A stretch of DNA of 24,000 bases from positions 2,162,878-2,186,877 of the forward strand of contig NZ_KZ293963.1 in NCBI RefSeq assembly GCF_002352765.1, read 5' to 3'. This DNA comes from Alteribacter populi (GTDB lineage Bacteria; Bacillota; Bacilli; Bacillales; Salisediminibacteriaceae). Below the pieces are notes generated by a model. The model had not been told where the DNA came from and ran no database searches. It saw only the letters and a program-made list of their open reading frames with translations. Positions 19,250-24,000 of this stretch are shown piece after piece; position 1 is the first letter of the stretch; each line of letters starts with the position of its first letter. A program made the translations under genes and the position numbers.

Positions 19250-20353
19250 TTACTTTCCTCCTACTAACTCATGTACTCTTGATTCGATGACATGAATGTC
19301 GTCTCCTTGAAGCGGTCGCGGATCAATATCGAAAAAACCTTGTCTCACGCCATAATCTCGAGTATAGATTGCAATTTCACCTTCGCGCAGTCCCGTAACG
19401 ACATCCTGTGCTGTTGTATTTGCTTGTTGTGATTCTATGTGAATACGTGCACGGAAAATCGCTCGCCCTGCTTCATCCTGTACAATTGCAACCTGAACAC
19501 CTTCAAGATTTTGCAATGACATTAGTGCTTGTAATGTTTCTTTTTCTTGTTCGCTATTATCTTTTTTAACACCGTATTCATCAAGTGCTTGAAGTAACCC
19601 AAAGGTTGTTTCTTTCCCCACCTTCATACTTCGTCCAATACAATGTAACTGTACTTTTACCCACTCAATATAGTCTCGTTTACCCCCAACAATCCCTGAA
19701 GTTGGTCCTTCAATTGCCTTTGAACCACTGTAAATTACAAGGTCAGATATTTTTACATATTTTTGAATATCCTCTTCTGCTGCTGCATCCATAATGAGTG
19801 GAACATCGTTACGCCTAGCAACTTCCCAGGCTTCTTCGGCAGAAATCATATTTTTTTGGACTGCATGATGTGATTTCACATAAAGAATAGCGGCAGTGTT
19901 TTCAGAAATCGCTTCTTCAATATGTTCTTCTCTGCCTTCATTGGCATAGCCAACTTCAACGAGCTTCCCACCACCCAAATGAACCATCGTTTCAACAGGG
20001 GCTCCGTATTGTACGTTTTGACCTTTTAGTATAATAATTTCACTTTTAGGAATGTCTTCTTGGTGCAGACGTTCACTTTTGCGACGATTCCCTTGTGTCA
20101 CTAGCGCAGCAACAGAGAGTACAATCCCACTTGATGCCGAGTTAACAATAACCGCTGCTTCTGAATCAAGGATATCTGAAGCGTAATCTCCTGCTTTATC
20201 CACTAAGTCTGCAATCTCTACATAATTTTGCCCGCCTTGTTTCATCGCATCCATCACAGTATCCGACGGAGCTGATACACCAAGGATGCTCATCCGTCCA
20301 CTAGCATTAATCACACGCTTAAGTCCATATTTAGCATTCAAAGAATTCACCAT
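19250..20353 (-). CDS. SelA-related PLP-dependent enzyme, D-glucosaminate-6-phosphate ammonia-lyase (DgaE)-like
   Basis: About 367 aa. YSGSKAIEGPTSGIVGG parallels the SelA PLP-lysine motif SGDKLLGGPQAG. Start set at ATG 20353 (AGGAG 9 nt upstream); the ORF-track TTG at 20359 is possible. Confidence 0.75.
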   Translation of the reverse strand: MVNSLNAKYGLKRVINASGRMSILGVSAPSDTVMDAMKQGGQNYVEIADLVDKAGDYASDILDSEAAVIVNSASSGIVLSVAALVTQGNRRKSERLHQEDIPKSEIIILKGQNVQYGAPVETMVHLGGGKLVEVGYANEGREEHIEEAISENTAAILYVKSHHAVQKNMISAEEAWEVARRNDVPLIMDAAAEEDIQKYVKISDLVIYSGSKAIEGPTSGIVGGKRDYIEWVKVQLHCIGRSMKVGKETTFGLLQALDEYGVKKDNSEQEKETLQALMSLQNLEGVQVAIVQDEAGRAIFRARIHIESQQANTTAQDVVTGLREGEIAIYTRDYGVRQGFFDIDPRPLQGDDIHVIESRVHELVGGK

Positions 20354-21431
20354 TGACAACCACTCCTTTTGTTTCTATTCGCCTTTCTGCTACACGCTTC
20401 TCCCCTTCAGAATCAACAAGTGTAGTCGGTCCACCTTTAACTGTAAATAGGGTTAAATTCGCAACATCGCCAACTTTAATTCGACCAAGCTCGGGTTTTT
20501 CAAGCCAGCTTGCTGCATTTATTGTGACCGCTTCGATCACATCTTCAAGCGAATATCCTAGGTAAAGAAATTTCGAAAGGACATTTGCCATGCTATATAC
20601 AGGACCGTTTATTCGGTTCCCACGATATATGTCTGTACTGATTGTATCTAAACCGATGCAATGTTGTTTTGCTGCTTCTGCAACCTTAAATGAGAAGCTT
20701 GCAGTACCATGACCAACATCCAAATGTACACCACGTTCAATTGCATCGGTGAACACTTTAAGCGGTTTACCATGACCATTGAAAAGGTTATTCTCTTTCC
20801 CGTTGAGATAATGAGTAAGGACATCCTTATTTTCTAAAAGCGGAATGACCTCTTCAATATTTGGCGGACCAGAACCGATGTGTACCATTAACGGCAATGA
20901 GGTTTTACTAGAAAGTGATCGTGCAATATGTAGGGGTTCAATACCGCTGTCACAAACGACACTCTTACTTATCCGTGCCTTCAACCCAACTATGACATCT
21001 CTATACTCATTTACTGCCCGCACTACCTTTTCTTTGTCTATCCATTCTATATTGGATAATTCATCGACCCTTTTCAAACCGATTCTTGAAATGTTCAAAA
21101 AAGCGAACATGTTTGTTTTGGCTCTGTTTCTACTCGCACCTATATCTGCTATTCGGTCGGCTCCACAACTACCAGCATCAACAATTGTTGTAACGCCTTG
21201 TTTTACTCCTATTTCATCTATTTCATCGCCATAGGGGTCAAAATGAGGAAATGCATGGACATGTAAATCTATCCAACCACTCGATACATACACACCTGAG
21301 TGGTCTAACACATACCCGCGTCCACTCCCGGCCTTTGTCACCTCAGCAATTTTACCGTCCCTAATCACGATATCGATCTTCTTTTCATTATTCACCCGCT
21401 TTACATTACGTAATACGAATTGACCTTTCAT
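20331..21431 (-). CDS. Metal-dependent amidohydrolase/deacylase of the EF_0837/AHA_3915 type (dihydroorotase-like fold)
   Basis: 366 aa. Amidohydrolase-superfamily ligand pattern: WIDLHVHAF (HxH), GLKARIS (candidate carboxylated Lys), LMVHIG, THYLNG, ISTDIY (Asp). It is the first gene of the operon. Confidence 0.8.
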   Translation of the reverse strand: MKGQFVLRNVKRVNNEKKIDIVIRDGKIAEVTKAGSGRGYVLDHSGVYVSSGWIDLHVHAFPHFDPYGDEIDEIGVKQGVTTIVDAGSCGADRIADIGASRNRAKTNMFAFLNISRIGLKRVDELSNIEWIDKEKVVRAVNEYRDVIVGLKARISKSVVCDSGIEPLHIARSLSSKTSLPLMVHIGSGPPNIEEVIPLLENKDVLTHYLNGKENNLFNGHGKPLKVFTDAIERGVHLDVGHGTASFSFKVAEAAKQHCIGLDTISTDIYRGNRINGPVYSMANVLSKFLYLGYSLEDVIEAVTINAASWLEKPELGRIKVGDVANLTLFTVKGGPTTLVDSEGEKRVAERRIETKGVVVNGEFFEC

Positions 21432-21493
21432 TCATTTCACCTTTTCCCACTCTTATTAAGCACGCTTACTTTCTATGAAAATCAAAATATAAT

Positions 21494-21556
21494 TATAACG
21501 TTATAATGTTAAGGTACCACATAAAATAATCAAAGTAAATATAACATTATAATGTT
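21494..21556. promoter_or_regulatory. Two operator-like repeats (candidate GntR/HutC sites) overlapping the operon promoter
   Basis: TATAACGTTATAATGTT (21494-21510) and TATAACATTATAATGTT (21540-21556) are identical at 16 of 17 positions and start 46 bp apart. The second contains the perfect 14-bp palindrome AACATTATAATGTT. Site 1 overlaps a minus-sense TATAAT (21497-21492) located 61 nt upstream of the ATG at 21431. Confidence 0.5.
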
Positions 21557-21583
21557 TATTGTCTCACCTTTCCGGAATAATAG

Positions 21584-21612
21584 AAAAAACCTTTAGTCAT
21601 CTGGACTAAAGG
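21584..21612 (-). terminator. Strong intrinsic terminator with no annotated upstream gene
   Basis: Minus-sense cctttagtc-cagat-gactaaagg followed by tttttt (perfect 9-bp stem 21590-21598 / 21604-21612, 5-nt loop). Confidence 0.8.
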
Positions 21613-22187
21613 CATAAATTCTAAATCTACTTAATATCAAAATCCCCCTTTCGCTTCCCACTATTTATTAAATTTTCCATTTGATTGATTCGCTTTTGTA
21701 AATAAGTTAATTGATTAATTACACATAGAAGTAAAGTTTCTCCTAGTAGAAAACTAAGAATAATATTGATTTTAAGGAATAATCATACCTAATAGCAGGA
21801 AGAAGACCATTCGTTATATGAATGACTTAATCGAATTACCACAGATGAGACAAGACATAAGTACAACTTTAAATACATTTACGTGAATATCATGATGACG
21901 GGATTGACCTCATTTAAAGTCTACCAGTAATGAAATAACTGAGCAGATGCAAGAGGTACAAGCAGATAATGTAGGCTTGGGTCAATATGTAAGAAACAGT
22001 CTTTCCTATCAAGAGTGGACCGACCTTAATTTGGCGTGAAGCTTATAAAAATGCAGAAATAGATGTGAACGTGGAAGTCAAATGAAAAGAGTTTGGCAAC
22101 ATACATTAAGATAAAATCAAGAGGGTGAGCAATAAAGGAAGTCAAATGAACACCCCCGCATATTTTAGCTTTATAATCAAAAGCAAT

Positions 22188-22217
22188 AAATCCTCCTCAG
22201 TTTATCGGGAGGATTTT
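22188..22217 (-). terminator. Bidirectional-type hairpin downstream of the opuAR-like gene
   Basis: aaatcctcc-N11-ggaggattt (9-bp stem), flanked by an A-tract on one side and a T-tract on the other, 80 nt after the stop at 22298. Confidence 0.55.
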
Positions 22218-22297
22218 CTCTGTTCACTTAATCGAATAGTCGTTGCCATAGAAAAAAATAGACGAGAAGTACCCTCACTCTCGCCTAGTAGCCAATT

Positions 22298-22858
22298 TTA
22301 TTTTTCTCGTATTTTCTTCGGCACGATATTAAAAATTTCACCGGTTTCAAACAATGAAACGACTTGTGTAAGCCATTCATAATAGGCTTCAGCGTCTTTT
22401 AATTTCTCTAAATCGACATCGATTTCACGTTTAATTTGGTCGTGCTCGGTTTCTCCTTCCAAAGAAACCAACATCCTCTTTGTTTCTTCAATCGCTCGTT
22501 TATTTTTCTCCGTGGCTTCGCTCCAGCGCGTGATAAAGACATTGGAGAATGACTTATACCAGTCGTCTTCTGTTTTGTACAAATCTTTACGAATGCCTTT
22601 TTCCCACACTTGCTCGACCATGTCTGCTTGCAGCAGGGAGCGGATGTTGGTTGACATGCTTGTCTTGCTCATTTCCATTTCGCAACTCATTTGATCTAAA
22701 GTCATAGGGCGCTCAGAGAAGAAAACCGTACCGTAAAGTCTACCTGCAGATGGGGTGATGTTATATAAGTGAATATTTTTCGCAATTTCATTTATAAACC
22801 GGTTTCGAGCGGCCTCGAGCTTATTTTTGTCCTGGTCGTAGGTGCTATGGTTGGCCAT
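22298..22858 (-). CDS. opuAR: GbsR/OpuAR-type MarR-like transcriptional repressor of compatible-solute uptake
   Basis: AGRLYGTVFFSERPMTLDQM...MSKTSMSTNIRSL...VWEKGIRKDLYKTEDDWYKSF closely parallels B. subtilis GbsR. It is divergent from opuAA, as described for OpuAR in Bacillus infantis. Start set at ATG 22858 (GGAGGTAGGGCG upstream) instead of 22906. Confidence 0.8.
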   Translation of the reverse strand: MANHSTYDQDKNKLEAARNRFINEIAKNIHLYNITPSAGRLYGTVFFSERPMTLDQMSCEMEMSKTSMSTNIRSLLQADMVEQVWEKGIRKDLYKTEDDWYKSFSNVFITRWSEATEKNKRAIEETKRMLVSLEGETEHDQIKREIDVDLEKLKDAEAYYEWLTQVVSLFETGEIFNIVPKKIREK

Positions 22859-23139
22859 CGCCCTACCTCCTTCTCTTATTACTATACAAAATAGTAGCAG
22901 ACTCAACTTAGATGTTAAAGACAGAAGAAAGAAAGTAAACAGAAGTAATCACGAGGAAATATAAGTATTTATAATGATAAATCCATACAGTTTTTACTGA
23001 ACAAACTTTTTATCCAATATAAATGATTCATTCCGTTTGAACATCTTTAACTAAACCAGTATAGTGAGACAAGTGTGATTGAATCTATTTACATATGACT
23101 TTTTAATCATAATACAAATTAAACTTTGTTTTCACACCG

Positions 23140-23172
23140 CGTCACTAGGTCTAAGGTAATAACCTAGTGACG
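23140..23172. repeat. Perfect 10-bp inverted repeat in the opuAR-opuA intergenic region
   Basis: CGTCACTAGG (23140-23149) / CCTAGTGACG (23163-23172) with a 13-nt spacer, about 110 bp upstream of the opuAA ATG. No T-run follows on either strand, so it is not a terminator. Confidence 0.45.
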
Positions 23173-23281
23173 AAAGTTGAGTCTAAAAACTTACACTTTT
23201 ATCGTTGCATCTTCGTTTTACTTTTACTATCGTCTTTTTTCCAGTTATATATTCTAGCAGTAAAAAAATTGAGGTGATCGA

Positions 23282-24000
23282 ATGTCAAAAATAAAAGTTG
23301 AAAAGTTAACCAAAGTATTCGGTAAACGACCGAAACAAGCTTTGAAACTATTAGATAACGACAAATCAAAAGACGAAATTTTAGCAAAGACAGGGATGAC
23401 AGTAGGGGTCAACCAAGCATCCTTCGATGTCGAAGATGGTGAAATCTTTGTAATTATGGGATTATCGGGAAGCGGAAAGTCCACACTCGTGCGTCTGCTC
23501 AACAGATTGATTGAACCGACAAGCGGAAATGTTTGGGTCGACGGCGAAGATCTCGCTCATATGAGTGATAATGATTTACGTCAAGTTCGGCGTAAAAAGC
23601 TCAGCATGGTCTTTCAAAAGTTTGGACTGTTTCCGTTTCGATCGATCCAAGAAAACGTCGAGTATGGATTAGAGATTCAAGGAATTGACAAAGAAGAACG
23701 GATAAGAAAAGCAAGCCAGTCCCTTGAACTTGTTGGTCTTAAGGGGTATGAGGACAAGTATCCTGATGAACTATCTGGTGGAATGCAGCAACGTGTCGGT
23801 CTGGCAAGAGCATTGGCCAATGATCCAGATATCCTCTTGATGGATGAAGCTTTCTCAGCATTAGACCCTCTCATTCGAAAAGATATGCAAGATGAACTTC
23901 TAGACCTTCAAGAATCTATGAAAAAAACGATCGTCTTTATTACGCATGATTTAGACGAAGCGCTCCGGATCGGGGACCGCATCACGATCATGAAAGATGG
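23282..24000 (+). CDS. opuAA: Glycine betaine/proline betaine ABC transporter ATP-binding subunit (OpuAA/ProV type); 3' end cut by the window edge
   Basis: Open plus-strand frame from ATG 23282 (GAGGTGA RBS) to the window end, so it is not in the ORF track. My translation: [24 protein letters not shown]...[16 protein letters not shown] (Walker A), LSGGMQQRV (signature), [12 protein letters not shown] (Walker B). Confidence 0.9.
   Translation, partial: MSKIKVEKLTKVFGKRPKQALKLLDNDKSKDEILAKTGMTVGVNQASFDVEDGEIFVIMGLSGSGKSTLVRLLNRLIEPTSGNVWVDGEDLAHMSDNDLRQVRRKKLSMVFQKFGLFPFRSIQENVEYGLEIQGIDKEERIRKASQSLELVGLKGYEDKYPDELSGGMQQRVGLARALANDPDILLMDEAFSALDPLIRKDMQDELLDLQESMKKTIVFITHDLDEALRIGDRITIMKD

Noticed and set aside
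21627-21782. 51-codon hydrophobic open frame considered as a small membrane protein CDS
   Set aside because: There is no canonical start codon before codon 35 and no RBS, so I did not list it as a feature. It is discussed under the orphan-terminator finding.
22125-22382. 85-aa plus-strand ORF
   Set aside because: It runs straight through the 22188-22217 terminator hairpin and into the antisense of the opuAR-like gene. Its sequence is low-complexity.

Overview
Low-GC Firmicute (Bacillaceae-style) chromosomal segment. It contains small-molecule metabolism genes and an unusually dense set of ligand-sensing controls. Every gene from 1 to 22858 is on the minus strand; only the last gene (opuAA, from 23282) is on the plus strand. 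In the direction of transcription (right to left): (i) a GbsR/OpuAR-type regulator divergent from an opuA glycine-betaine ABC transporter. (ii) About 570 bp of ORF-poor DNA ending in a strong orphan terminator. (iii) A catabolic operon encoding an EF_0837-type amidohydrolase, a SelA-related/DgaE-like PLP enzyme, a DUF1341/DgaF-like aldolase, a PfkB kinase and a GntR/HutC regulator, followed by a sodium:solute symporter. A shared palindromic operator-like motif precedes both units. (iv) A BirA-operator-controlled seven-gene biotin operon, bioH-bioC-bioW-bioA-bioF-bioD-bioB, which carries both known routes to the pimeloyl moiety. (v) A cobalamin riboswitch followed by cobO, an unexplained GC-rich structured spacer, cbiA, cobQ and cobT. 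(vi) An S-box (SAM-I) riboswitch with terminator, followed by metI-metC. I recognised no rRNA, tRNA, CRISPR array, transposase, phage or defence gene. The items most worth follow-up are the non-PTS amino-sugar-acid-like catabolic island of unknown substrate, the hybrid biotin operon, the GC-rich element inside the cob operon, and the orphan-terminator region at 21.6-22.2 kb. All calls rest on reading the sequence and the ORF translations; no database or covariance-model search was possible.
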